Shown piece after piece: positions 13,584 to 27,189 of a stretch of 64,000 nucleotides of DNA. Source of the stretch: Eledone cirrhosa (Eukaryota). The stretch lies in contig OZ024755.1 in the NCBI GenBank assembly GCA_964016885.1, positions 33,604,001-33,668,000 of the forward strand. Reading direction: 5' to 3'. Both the position numbers and the translations under genes were made by a program. Positions within the stretch are counted from its first letter, which is position 1; each line of letters begins with the position of its first letter. Below the pieces are notes generated by a model, which ran no database searches, was not told the origin of the DNA, and saw only the letters and a program-made list of their open reading frames with translations.

Positions 13584-14672
13584 GTTAACTCTTTGCCATT
13601 TAAATTACTCTCTATATACTATTGTATTTTCACAGTAAAGGCTTTACCTCACATAATATCTCGCATAACATTTACATTTCTCTATATATACTATTGTATT
13701 TTCACAGTAAAGGCTTTACCTCACATAATATCTCACATTTACATTACTCTCTATATACTATTGTATTTTCACAGTAAAGGCTTTACCTCACATAATATCT
13801 CACATATCATTTACATTACTCTCTATATACTATTGTATTTTCACAGTAAAGGCTTTACCTCACATAATATCTCACATAACATTTACATTACTCTATATAT
13901 ACTATTATATTTTCATGGTAAAGGCTTTACCTCACATAATATCTCACATAATAGTTACATTACTCTATATATACTATTATATTTTGTGGTAAAGGCTTTA
14001 CCTCACATAATATCTCGCATGACATTTACATTACTCTATATATACTATTGTATTTTCACAGTAAAGGCTTTACCTCACATAATATCTCACATAACATTTA
14101 CATTACTCTCTATATACTATTATATTTTCATGATAAAGGCTTTACCTCACATAATATCTCACATAGCATTTACATTACTCTATATTTACTATTATATTTT
14201 CAAAGTAAAGGCTTTACCTCACATAATATCTCACATAACATTGACATTACTCTATATATACTATTGTATTTTCACAATAAAGGCTTTACCTCACATAATT
14301 ACCCCACACAACATTTACATTACTCTATATATACTATTATATTTTGTGGTAAATGCTTTACCTCACATAATATCTCGCATGACATTTACATTACTCTATA
14401 TATACTATTATATTTTCATGGTAAAGGCTTTACCTCACATAATATCTCACATAACATTTACATTACTCTATATATACTATTGTATTTTCACAGTAAAGGC
14501 TTTACCTCACATAATTATCTTAGATAATATTGAAGCTATGAGATTTTGATTTTATTTATTTTGAGAACAACACCTTAACATCAGTGCTGAGTGGCCAGTT
14601 ATGGCTGGTTTGAACAGAAAGAGGTGAGAGAATTCTAGCTGGATACAGCTGGTTTGAATGCTATATGGTTAA
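13584..14672 (+). repeat. piggyBac-like MITE P with an internal ~71-bp segment tandemly amplified ~13 times
   Basis: Unit CATTTACATTACTCTATATATACTATTGTATTTTCACAGTAAAGGCTTTACCTCACATAATATCTCACATAA, then the normal MITE right half ending GGTTAA. Confidence 0.85.
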
Positions 14673-16009
14673 AGACATTGAATTCAGAAAATATCTATTA
14701 TTGTAGCCTGATCTAAGGACAAATTCAATTCTGTTCCTGGAGCTCTTCTATATATACCTTCATATGTTGCAAGTAAAGTATATAGTACAATAACATTGTA
14801 AAAGTCATTGAACTGTCATCTAGGCAAGATGAGAGAGTTCTGGATGGATATGGCCAGTTTAAATGGTAACGGGTTAAAGGGTTGTATTCGCAATCATGAG
14901 GTTGCAAGTTCAATTCTCGGACTGGGCGGTGTGTTATGTCCTTGAGCAAGACACTTTATTTTACGTTGCTCCTTCTGCCAGGAGTTGCGACCGGTAGATA
15001 GTATCAGCAATCTATGAGATTTTGATTTTATTTTGAGAACAACACCTTAACATCAGTATGAGTGGCCAGTTATGGCCAGATTGACCAGAAAGAAGTGAGA
15101 GAATTCTGGCCAGATATGGCCAGTTTAAATGCTAAAGAGTTAAAATAAGTCTTAAAATCTTAAATTGAAGCAATTACTTTTAGACGTTATAGACATTTCA
15201 GAGATGTACAAAACACAAAGACTCTCCACATCACACTAGAATAACGAAAATATTTAAATCAATGTTTCTACTTTTGTATGACAAAATGGCAATGCTCGCA
15301 ATGATGTTGATGATGATGATGGGTTGTAGTGGTGGTGGTGGTGGTGGTGGTGGGATGAATGAGGATGATGGTGGTGATAGTTTGAACAGAAAGAGGTGAG
15401 AGACTTCTGGACGGATATGGCCGGTTTAAATGCTAATGGGTTAAAGGGTTGGATTTGCAATTATGAGATTGTGAGTTCAATTCTTGGACCAGATGAGTTC
15501 AATTCATGTCCTTGAGCAAGACACTTTATTTTATGTTGCTCTTTCTGCCAGGAGTTGCGAACAGTAGATAGCATCAGCAATGGAAAGACCAATGGAAACT
15601 GTTTCCTTGGTGCACTCTGACGAGGTCCACCCCATTCGGCAAGTTAGTAGTCAATCATTTTCATATCCTCCATTTTTGGCATGGTTTCTATAACTAGATA
15701 CCCTTCCTAACAGCAACCACTTTACAGAGTGTACTTCAGTATTTCAGCACAAGAATGTTTGTTATGTTCCTGATATGACTGAAGAAACTTTTATAGAAAT
15801 TAAAATTTATTAAATTTCTGTCAGACAGCCACATTTATTAATATCTTCTACAGATATTTTCAGTTCATATTTGAGATCTTTTGGTGATATATAAACATTG
15901 ACATATATCATTGCATTGCTTCTATTTTTTGTATCTGATGAGTAACAATTGTCATATCAGTCGTATGATTATTGACATGTTATAATCCCTGATAGAATAT
16001 GAGTTTACA

Positions 16010-16385
16010 TATTGCCACTGCTAACTACAAAAGTTTTTTCCTTCAAAATGAAAGACAGACTGTATGATGCATGTATAAGAACGACTGTGTTGCCGAGCAG
16101 TGAGCTCCAGGTTCTGTGTGTGGAGGACCTGTGAAGATTGGAAAGAAATGAAGCTTCCATGCTTCGATGGATGTGCAATAGCAATATACGCAAATGGCAA
16201 AGCATAAATGAACTATGCGAGAAATTAGGCAAAAGAGGGATCAGATGGTAGCCATGGAGTAGGCAGGCCTAGGAAGACTTGGGATGAGGTAATAAGAGCT
16301 GACTGTGCTCAATTACACGTCACTAAAGCGATGATACAGGGCCGTGACCTCTGGCGCTTTGAAGCATTACAGATGACCCACCCTC
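16010..16385 (+). mobile_element. RTE LINE 3' fragment (decayed)
   Basis: FSFKMKDRLYDACIRTTVL...LERNEASMLRWMCNSN; homologous to the 61580-62370 copy. Confidence 0.85.
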
Positions 16386-16479
16386 TATTATTCTTGGGCT
16401 GAGGCATATGCCTAGTAGGCAACACCATATCCTACCATCTCTTGGTTACATGAAGTGAAGCAACTGAGAGTGCAAGACT

Positions 16480-16682
16480 CCCCCCCCCCCTCAGATATAA
16501 TGCCAGTTCATTGCAGCGATAAATCCCCCAGCTATTGCTGGTATTCATTTTCAGCTGAGTATACTGGAGCAACGTGAAATGAAGTGTCTTGCTCAAGAAC
16601 ACAAAACAAAGCCTGGTCCAAGAATCAAACTCCCAACCTCATGATTGTAAGCCCGACGCTCTAACCACCTAGCCATGTGGCT
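16480..16682 (-). mobile_element. tRNA-headed SINE (family B-related)
   Basis: Minus strand carries a tRNA-like head and TTCTTGAGCAAGACACTTCATTTCACGTTGCTCCAG core. Confidence 0.7.
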
Positions 16683-16972
16683 ATGTCACTATTTTGAATA
16701 GCAACAATATAAGCCATAGACTTCTACAATTATTGTAGACACCCCCTTAAGATTAGATCTCTAATGTTTATGTACAAGTTATTTCTTCTAGGTGTCATTT
16801 CTAACTACTAACACATATTCTTTAGTCATGTTTTCTCCTAATATATATAACAACTCTTTAAGTTATTTTCTAAGTATCAACGTCTTTATAGCTTTGTTAA
16901 ACTAAGTAATATATTTATGAGGCTTCAAAGAATCCTTCCCTTATACAAATGTCATTAACTGTTTTTTTCTCT

Positions 16973-17549
16973 TTAACCCTTTAGCATTTACATTACTTTC
17001 ATCATCATCATCATCATCATCATTTAACGTCTATCTTCCACGCTAGCATGGGTTTAGACGGGAATTGTCCCACTTGAGGCAAGATTGATCGGGTGACCAT
17101 GTCTTGCTCGTATGGGTGACCTGTCTCTGGCAGGTTTTCTACAGCCCTTCCTAACACCAACCACATTTACAGTGTGGACTGGGAGCCTTTTTACCGTGTA
17201 TCCTACATGACCACTTTACAGCGTGGACTGGGAGCCTTTTTACCGTGTCTCCTACATGACCACTTTACAGCGTGGACTGGGAGCCTTTTTACCACGTCTC
17301 CTACATGACCACTTTACAGTGTGGACTAGGTGTATTTTTATTGACACCTACACTTTATATATACTATTGTATTTTTGTGGTATCTTACATAATAATCTCA
17401 CATAATATCGAATCTATGAGATTTTGATGTTATTTATTTTGAGAACAATACCCTAACATCAGTATAACTGACTGGTTATGGCCAGTTTGAACAGAAGGAG
17501 TTGAGAGAATTCTGGCTGGATATGGCCAGTTTAAATGCTAAAGGGTTAA
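16973..17549 (+). mobile_element. piggyBac-like MITE P with a nested family B SINE 3' part (minus) carrying ~3.5 units of the 49-bp repeat
   Basis: TTAACCCTTTAGCA...TGCTAAAGGGTTAA ends; insert at ~17000-17345. Confidence 0.8.
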
Positions 17550-18139
17550 GCTAATGTAGCCTTCCTTGAAATGTATAGTTATTCTATTTTACATTGAGAT
17601 AAAATACTTCATACATCCATAGGACCCTGTGATCAAATTAAAAACTAAAGATGCTTTAGTTATACGAGTAACATTGTTTACAAAAGGATTCTTCTCCTTC
17701 TTCGCCCACTTATTCATGGGAGAGTCTTGAGGACAGAATCCTCAATTATTCCTTTCAGCGGGTCCTGTCAGAAACAACTATCTCCAACTGGCCCAGCTGG
17801 ATCTTCAAGTGAGACCAGCCAAGCTTATGGATGTTATCCAACAACCATCTTGTTCTGGGTCTACCCCTGGGTCTCCTGCCAGTTGGTTTTGCCTGTAAAA
17901 TCTCACCATCAATTTTTTTCCTGAAACATTCTTACCACATGCCCATTGTATAAAGGATTTAAAATGTATTTCATTTGAAAAGCATTTTATATATTTGCAA
18001 GGAGTATGCTGCCCTATTACCTATTGCAGTAATCTTAAAATTTGTTAGAACAGATAATATCATATTAAGCAATCATGACCTTCAAAGTAGAATTTACTAA
18101 TGATACCACTACCCAATGAACTTCTAACCCTATAGTCCA

Positions 18140-18945
18140 TTGACTGTTTTAGGATAACTATTTTAGTCTTACATTGTTTGGTTCATATTGAAACTCTCTA
18201 CATTTCCACGGCATTTGGTTTCTTAGAAAAATCTTTTAGAATAAAGCTATTGTTTCTGGAATAAAGAAGACATTTTATTAAACACGCAATTCATTGGAAT
18301 AAAGGTTCGACTATTACAAAACAGACAAACTATTGAAAAATACAAAGTACCTAATAAAGTTCAGATTACTTCTTATAAATTAACGCAAATTACCAATACA
18401 ACAAATGGAAGTTAATACAATAGTTAACTTACTTATTTTTGCAACATACCATTCAATTTGAGAACAATGTTTGGGTGGAATTGAACAAGAAATTACCAAA
18501 ATTCAATTTTCCATTAACACAATTTGAAAGAAAATAATTGAAATGTCTTCTAACATCAAGGAACATGATTCTTTTGAATTAAAGGAATTGAATATTGCTT
18601 TAGAAGCTGAAGAGACTTTCAAAATCAGCAGGAGTACAACTATTAGTATTTGTTCAAATGAATTGAAATTATGAGCTAACTTTTATGAAACTGAAACCTT
18701 CAAATACATTCAAGAAAGAAGAGAAGGTATACTTGACTACCAACTTAGAAAAATGATAACTTTCTTAGAAGAAAGTTATAAGAATTGTTTGCCTAGATGA
18801 CAGTTCGATGATAAAAGACTTTTACAATGGCATTGCACTATATACTATACTTGCAACATAAGAAGGTATATATAGAAAAGCTCCAGGAATAAAATTGAAT
18901 TTTTGTTTAGATCAGGCTATAATAATAGATATTCTCTGAATTCAA
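18140..18945 (+). pseudogene. Highly decayed hAT (Buster/Charlie, ZBED5/GTF2IRD2-like) transposase fossil
   Basis: ITSYKLTQI...GGIEQEITKIQFSINTI*KKIIEMSSNIKEHDSFELKELNIALEAEETFKIS aligns by eye with the family pattern ASYxVA...IPLSNNTVxRRIxEMSxDI...FALQLDESTDIS. Confidence 0.6.
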
Positions 18946-19168
18946 TGTCTTTAACCTTTAGCATTTAAACCAGCTGTATCCAGCCAGAATTCTCTCACCA
19001 CTTTTTGTTCAAACCAGCTGTAACCGGCTGCTCATACTGATGTTATGGTATTGTTCTCAAAATAAATAATATAAAAATCTCATAGATTCGATATTATGCG
19101 AGATAATTATACATTACTTTCTCTTTTCACTCACTATATTTCTATTTCTTCTTTTGTTTCTCATTCTA

Positions 19169-19204
19169 TCTTCTGATGAAGGACTAGTGTCCGAAACATT
19201 AAGA
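19169..19204 (+). ncRNA. Minimal type I hammerhead ribozyme-like motif (degenerate)
   Basis: TCTT CTGATGA A GGAC tagt GTCC GAAAC ATT AAGA; stems I and II pair, stem III is mutated. Confidence 0.55.
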
Positions 19205-19964
19205 CTCTTTTCCTACTATATCAAGCATTAAATTAATATATTTTTTCCTTGTTCTGTGCTGTTGTTTATCTTCACTTTCACACACACATTGCTACCATTA
19301 ATTTTCTGTGTTGAGACATGTGAATTAAGTTGGCTGGTACTTTCTTTATTGATTTCAGAAACGAACAAACAACAATATTAACTCTAGCTGAATTCAAACT
19401 CAGAATGTAAAATACTCAACTAAATACCATTAAGCATTTTGTCTGACATTCTACCAATTTTACAATCATCAACAAAAGGTGTTTAATTTAACTGAAATGT
19501 TGCAGTTTAAATTTAATGTAATAAGTCTATGTGTCATGTACAGCACCAACAAATGTTTGTTGTTCAAAAGAATCCTTTGTTAAACGAATGCTTACTGTCA
19601 ACTGCTTGTATTTACGAACCAATCAAAGAAAAATGAAATCAATCAAAGAGTAATTGTTCTTTAGTATATAATTCTTTAGTCCTCATGCATATCACACAGA
19701 AACAATGCTAAAAAAAAACAGAAAAAGTCAGCACTCTCCTAATTTATTTTGACATTTTGAAGAGTGTAACCACAGAATAAAAACCTCTCGCCGCAAATAA
19801 ATTAACTATATTTATAATAAATGAGAAAACAAATTAAACAAAGCCAGCCATACAAAGAAATAAAAAAATATGGTAACTTAACTGAATACATATATGAAAG
19901 GTTCATAATGAAAACCAAACTGGACATTAATAGCAAATAAGAAGTCTGTGAAACAAAGTAGGTG

Positions 19965-21910
19965 ATCATCATCATCATCTAGTGGCTTCAGCTGAAATCA
20001 ACTCAACAATTGATCTCCACGTGGGTCTGTCGTTCATTGTTGTTGTCAAGTCCTGGATTTCAATACCAAAATCTCTGGAGATGACATCGGGATAGGAGAG
20101 CTTGTGTCTCCTGTTATCAGTGACTGCTTGTGGTTTCCAAAGCACTAATGGGGATACAGCCTCAGAGGTGGCACGATGGCAGTGGCCAGAAAATCGGGAT
20201 AGGAGAGCTTGTGCCCCCTGTTATTAATGACTGCTTGTAGTTTCCAAAGCCCCAATGGGGATACAGACTCAGTGGTCGCACGATGGCAGTGGCCAGAAAA
20301 TCGGGATAGGAGAGCTTGTGCCCCCTGTTATTAGTGACTGCTTGTGGTTTCCAAAGCCCTAATGGGGATACAGCCTCAGAGGTGGCACGATGGCAGTGGC
20401 CAGAAAATCGGGATAGGAGAGCTTGTGCCCCCTGTTATTAATGACTGCTTGTAGTTTCCAAAGCCCTAATGGGGATACAGCCTCAGAGGTGGCACGATGG
20501 CAGTGGCCAGAAAATCGGGATAGGAGAGCTTGTGCCCCCTGTTATTAATGACTGCTTGTAGTTTCCAAAGCCCTAATGGGGATACAGCCTCAGAGGTGGC
20601 ACGATGGCAGTGGCCAGAAAATCGGGATAGGAGAGCTTGTGCCCCCTGTTATTAATGACTGCTTGTAGTTTCCAAAGCCCCAATGGGGATACAGACTCAG
20701 AGGTCGCACGATGGCAGTGGCCAGAAAATCGGGATAGGAGAGCTTGTGCCCCCTGTTATTAGTGACTGCTTGTGGTTTCCAAAGCCCTAATGGGGATACA
20801 GCCTCAGAGGTGGCACGATGGCAGTGGCCAGAAAATCGGGATAGGAGAGCTTGTGCCCCCTGTTATTAATGACTGCTTGTAGTTTCCAAAGCCCTAATGG
20901 GGATACAGCCTCAGAGGTGGCACGATGGCAGTGGCCAGAAAATCGGGATAGGAGAGCTTGTGCCCCCTGTTATTAATGACTGCTTGTAGTTTCCAAAGCC
21001 CTAATGGGGATACAGCCTCAGAGGTGGCACGATGGCAGTGGCCAGAAAATCGGGATAGGAGAGCTTGTGCCCCCTGTTATTAATGACTGCTTGTAGTTTC
21101 CAAAGCCCCAATGGGGATACAGACTCAGAGGTCGCACGATGGCAGTGGCCAGAAAATCGGGATAGGAGAGCTTGTGCCCCCTGTTATTAGTGACTGCTTG
21201 TGGTTTCCAAAGCCCTAATGGGGATACAGCCTCAGAGGTGGCACGATGGCAGTGGCCAGAAAATCGGGATAGGAGAGCTTGTGCCCCCTGTTATTAATGA
21301 CTGCTTGTAGTTTCCAAAGCCCTAATGGGGATACAGCCTCAGAAGTGGCACGATGGCAGTGGCCAGAAAATCGGGATAGGAGAGCTTGTGCCCCCTGTTA
21401 TTAGGGACTGCTTGTGGTTTCAAAAGCACTAATGGGGACACAGCCTCAGAGGTGGCACGATGGCAGTGGCCAACAAATACTACTCTCCTTTTACGTACAA
21501 CGACAGATATGAGTGGGAGGCCGGCATATATCTCTCTCAAAGTCAGATGTCACCAGCTTATGTTCTGAATGCGTTGAAGCAGGCGAGTGTAAGTGCCATC
21601 AAAGTACTTTTGTTGTTTGGGTGAAAGCGTCCATGTTTCACTTCCATATAGCAAGATTGCCTAGAAAATATACAACAACCTTTAACACATCTCCAGGAAG
21701 CACCAGCCCTTGTTGGCCTTCATCTCAACGAGGATAGAACAGGGTACATATCAAACTGTATATGCAACAGCATCAAAGCAATCAATGGCAGTGATATCAA
21801 GCAAGTCATGGACTCTGAAAAGGATTTCGCCACCAGAAAGGCCCAAGAATGGTCAGCTTGCAACAAGATGGATTGAGTTTGGCACTCAAATCTTTCCAAC
21901 CACACCAAGA
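19965..21910 (-). mobile_element. LINE (RTE-like) 3' region with a 107-bp segment tandemly amplified ~13 times (20086-21472)
   Basis: REIYAGLPLISVVVRKRRVVFVGHCHRATSEAVSPLVL peptide, (GAT)n tail at ~19965; period 20086 to 20193. Confidence 0.85.
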
Positions 21911-22329
21911 TCAGACACTTCCAAGTAACATTTCAAAGTAGGTAATACAAGGTTGTATGATTACCTACTGTATTTCATTTCAAGTAAAATGAAACAAGCA
22001 TCTGAAAGTTCTAAGAAACTATTTTACCTTGAATCTGTCTAAAACAACAAAATATATACTATTAGAGACTTCTGAGCTACTCACATGGGAAATTTAACAA
22101 ACTAATACACAAAATAGAAGCTTCAACCACAACATACACTATTACTATGAAATATCTCAGTAAGTTAAAAGAAAAAAATGATTAAAGTAAACAAAAATTT
22201 ATTCAAAACAATCACCAAGATAAAACCCATGAGAAAACTAAATATTAATACAATGTATTAAATAATGTTATATATTTAGTGATAGTATAGAGTAACACTA
22301 AATGTATTGAGCAATTTTATATTTAGTGT

Positions 22330-22626
22330 ATCATCATCATCATCATCATTTCATTTTACGTCCACTTTTTCCCTGCTTGCAAGGGTGGGACGGGAACTGA
22401 TTCTGGCTTGAATTCTACAGCTGGATGCCCTTCCTAACACCAACCTCATTTACAGTGAGTGCTGGGTGCTTTTTTGCCATGGCACCTCCACGACCACTTT
22501 GCAGTGGAATGATAATAGGGACCCCAGTCCCTATTATCTCATTTCTACAGCTGAGTAAACTGAGAATTGAACTCACAACCTTTCGATTGCAAGACCAATG
22601 CTCTAACCACTAAGCCATGTGCCTCC
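22330..22626 (-). mobile_element. Family B SINE (tRNA head plus RTE-like tail), internally deleted
   Basis: Close match to 58868-59205. Confidence 0.8.
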
Positions 22627-24049
22627 ATATGATGGTATAAAGGTAAAGTCCCCCTTTGGTCATCAATGACCATGGGATTTGCACCTAGGAAGTTCCCCTC
22701 TGAGGCACAACTCTAGGCAAGGTTGTTAGTGGAAGACCAGCAGTCACCCATACATACCAGTCTCCCCTCTCCATGCCACTAATGTTGTCCAAGGTAAAGG
22801 CAATGGCCGATACAGCTTGGCACCAGTGACGTCACAACTCATACATAATATATATGCATTATATATACACTATGTACAGTATATAGTATAATATATACTG
22901 TACATAGTATACATATACACTACATATGATGATGTCCAAGGAAAAGGCAATGGCCAATATAGCTTGGCACCAGTGACATTACAATTAATTTCTACAGCTG
23001 AGTGAACTGGAGCAACATAAAATGAAGTGTCTTGCTCAAGGATACAATGCATTACCTGGTCCGAGAATCGAACTCACAACCTCCTCATTGCAAGCACAAT
23101 GTTTTACCCACTAAGCCTTCATTGTAATTGTATACAGTAACACTAAATGTTAAGACAATATATTAACCCTTTAGAATTTAAACTAGCCGTATCCGCCAGA
23201 AATCTCTCATCTCTTTCTTTTAAAAACAGCTGTAACCAGCTGCTCATACTGATGTTAAGGTATTGTTCTCAAAATAAACATCAACATCTCATAGATTTGA
23301 TATTATGTAAGATAATTATGTAAGGTAAATCCTTTACCGTGAAAATATAATAATAAATATAGAGTTAACCCTTTAGCATTTAAACCAGCCGTATCCAGCC
23401 AGAATTCTCTCACCTCTTTCTGTTCAAACTGGCTGTAACTGACCACTCATACTGATGTTAAGGTATTGTTCTCAAAATAAATAATATCAAAATCTCATAG
23501 ATTAGATATTGTATGAGATAATTATTTTAGTTAAAGCTTTTACCGTGAAAATATAATAGTGAATGTAAAACAATGTAAATGTTAAAGAGTTAATATAAGT
23601 GTGAGTGGCCAGTTACAGCAGGTTTGAACAGAAAGAGGTGAGAGAATTCTGGCCAGATATGGCCGGTTTATGCTAAAGGGTTAAACAATTTTATATATTT
23701 AGTGTATGAAATATAGCCTTTATAAACTGTGATATTTTCCTCCAATTTCTTCCAAATAATTAAAGAAGATGAATATAACTTCATAAATCAACAAATTCAG
23801 AAAAGGTGAAAAATATGTGGTTATGGAACTCTAATGTTAAAGCTTAAAAGGATCTAACAACTATTTAAAAATAAAATATACATAAAAAGGCAGAAAACTA
23901 CGAAAAAAGTGGAAAACTGAAGCAGAGGATGATAGGAAAAACAAGGTGTACCAGTTGTCTTGAAGTATATAAGAACCTCTTCAAACAGATTCATTTGTTT
24001 GAATTGAACATTAAAACCTTTTACTATAATATTAATATAAAATATGTGA

Positions 24050-24955
24050 TATCATGCAGAAGAAATGTGACGAGAAGGAGATATTGCATCATATTAAACA
24101 TGTAAAGTAAAGACATCCGACATAAGAAAATGGAAAATGGATATGAGAAGAACTTTGTGAAAAATATATTATGTAGCAAGTTCAAATGCATCAGTGGATG
24201 TGATAAATAATTAAGATATAGCAATAACTTTCAACAATATGTTACAAAAATAAAACTAGAAATAAAAACACGAAGCATTGATTAATTTAACAAAAATCAA
24301 CACATTTTTAAAGACACAAATATGAAAAATCTTCAAAATTAAATTCTATGTTGACAACCCATAAACTTCTCATATACATATTCTCCATTACATTACCTGT
24401 ACACAAGAAGCAAAATTGAAAAGCTAAAAAATGAGAGAGATGCTAGAAAGGAAATTAGGGTAACCTAAGGGTCATTGAAGATAGGCATGAGGAAAAAAAC
24501 AGAAAGAAGCAAAATTTAAGCATGGCATGGATTGATTACCATAAAGCCAATGTGGCGCACTTTGGGATATTGAAATACTGTGAATAAACAAAAAAAGAAA
24601 CTCCAGCATTAAAGCTATATATATCAGGGATGTCATAGCAAAATCGGAGACAGTCATAATACAAAAAATAAAAATAACAAAAATACCAGTCAACCCAATC
24701 CCCATTAGAAGAAGGATTTTTCAAATCCCATTACTTTTTTGCCTTACTTTAACACCATTAATTAATTTGATGAACCAATCCAACTACAGCTACAAGTGGT
24801 ATGGGCAATCTATAAATCATACGCTGCACAGAAAACAAATTAAAACTATATACAAGGGATGTCAGCCAATTGGAGAACCAGTTAAGATATAAATTTAAAC
24901 ATGGGATTAGAAATATGTCCAATATCATTCCAAAAAGTGGCAAAGTAACAATCAT
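24050..24955 (+). pseudogene. Decayed R4/Dong-type LINE reverse transcriptase fossil
   Basis: AWIDYHKA (cf. AWIDYKKAYD), IPIRRRIFQ...PLLFCLTLTPL, SINHTLH...IKLY, DINLNMGLEIC (cf. GMEFGLDKC) in the expected order with frameshifts. Confidence 0.65.
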
Positions 24956-25285
24956 CATCGTTTTTGTGTTGACTTTTCCATGCTAGTATGGGTTGGATGG
25001 AACTTTTGGAGGCAATATTCCACAGCTGGATGCTCTTTTTGATTGCAAACCCTTTTAGTCAATTCTTACAACATTCAGGAATATGGTATTCCTATTCTAA
25101 AAAAGACATGGCAAAAAGCACCCAGCACACACTGTCAATGTGGTTGGCATTAGGAAGGGCATCCAGCCGTAGAAAACAAGCCAGAAACTCTCCTATATGA
25201 GCGAGACATGGTCACCCAACCCAACTTGCCTCTAAATGGGACAAACCTGTCTAACCCATGCTAGCGTGGAAGATAGACGTTAACA

Positions 25286-25321
<36 letters not shown>

Positions 25322-25756
25322 TTAGGGTTTCTGAAAACAAAACAACACATAATAAGGTTTTCTATACACAGGGATTGCAACTATAATTTACCTAGATTGA
25401 GAAAAGAGATATAAATAAATAAAAACTCAAGAATCTGTGTACTGAGTTGACTGGGTGTGAGACATTCAACTAAAATTACATTAGTGATTCCTGCCACCAG
25501 AATTACATTGTATCTATGAGCCAGACATTTTACACTCAATGTCAAATTTATTTTATCTTTAAGTTGTAGCTTGCTTCAGATCTATCCTGGGTGACCTTCA
25601 TCAAAGTTCTCCAACATTGACCATCCTACTATATTTTCAGGAACAGTGTATCCAGCAAGGTGAGGAATCATACAGACGTTTCCTCATTAGCTTGTATAGA
25701 TACATTTAACACCTTCATTTCTAACCCATTTGCATCATAACTAGGCTTGATGCTCC

Positions 25757-25985
25757 TTAACCCTTTAGCATTTACATTACTCTGTATATATAATCATATT
25801 TATGAGGTAAAGGCTTTGCTTCACATAATTATCTCACATAATATTGTATCTATGAGATTTTCATGTTATTTATTTTAAGAACAATACCTTAACATCAGTA
25901 TGAGTGGCCAGTTACAGCCGATTTAATCAGAAAAAGGTGAGAGAATTCTGGCCGGATATGGCCGGTTTAAATGCTAATGTGTTAA
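25757..25985 (+). mobile_element. piggyBac-like MITE P, near complete
   Basis: TTAA-CCCTTTAGCATTTA...TAAATGCTAATGTG-TTAA. Confidence 0.8.
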
Positions 25986-27189
25986 GTATGTTACAAGATT
26001 GCTCTAACTCAATACTCTAAAGCTTAGCAGACATATTTTTGGTGAGAGATTTTTTAAGCTGTAGAACCTAGTTCAATTCCTTGAACAGTAACAACTACTC
26101 TGATAAAGCAGAATGCAGGAAGACATTTTACTTTCCATGTTCTTAATAAAGAAACAAGAGATAAGCTCTAGGTGTATGGATTCTTGGAATGTGGAAAATA
26201 ATTAAAAATATTCACAATATATGAGAGAGTTAAGAAAAGAAACAAACACAAATGTCATGAAGAACAAAAAACTCCAAATGTTGCATATACAAACAAACCT
26301 TCTATTATCATTTAAAGATATAATTAAATATGCCATCTGTGTGCCCTGATACCAACACAGCTGAAACTGCTGCTGGCTGTATGTAGCAAAGCTTCACATT
26401 TTAAATTAAAACCTTCCAACATAATTCTATGTAAGAAATGTTGTTTAAGTAATATTGCACACATAAGCTTACAAATGAAAAAGTTATTTTAGTAAATCAT
26501 TTCAAATTCTGTATTATTTTCAGATTTGATCGAAATATATTGGCAATATATTTCATTAGAAATATGTTAACAAAAGGGTTAAACAGAAGGTAGAGGTAAA
26601 AAAAATGTTGTGTGATATAATTTTGGTTTTCTTGGTTGACATCATATTCATAAAATTGAACATTTTCATACTGTTCAAATAATTGTCTTTATGGTTAAAT
26701 TCTCTTCCTAACTACTTGACTTTTGTGGTATAGTGGGTCACACACTGCTAGTGAAAGAGGGAAAGTGATGTCATATCAACAGAAAGGATGAAAACAAGAA
26801 GTCTGTCTTGTCTCATGATCGTATTGAGCTGATTAACCCTTTACCATTTACACTACTCTATATTTACTATTGTAGTTACATGGAAAAGACTTTATCTCAC
26901 ATAATATCGAATATGAGATTTTGATATTTATTTTGAGAACGATACCTTAACATTAGTATGAGTGGCTAGTTACAGCTAGTTTGAACAGAAAGAGGTGAGA
27001 GGATTCTGGCTGGATACAGCCAGTTTAAATGCTAAAGGGTTAAAGCTACATTTTATTGCAGCTCTTGAGAAAATACTCAAAAACATAAGTGTGATTCTTG
27101 GGTGTGCAGTTACACATAGAAAGAAAAAATAAGAGGACCCCCAAGGAAAGTAATTTGCATTTCTGCTACAAGTGTGTTGTAAGAATAGA

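Noticed and set aside
13581-14549. 322-aa hydrophobic repeat ORF
   Set aside because: Tandemly amplified MITE interior
15584-15630. GAAAC...CTGACGA permuted hammerhead-like motif (related copy near 31650-31710)
   Set aside because: Stem II is not adjacent to GAAA and stem I does not pair convincingly
24735-24825. Minus-strand exon-like segment with AG/GT borders
   Set aside because: Stops in all frames; better explained by the plus-strand R4/Dong fossil
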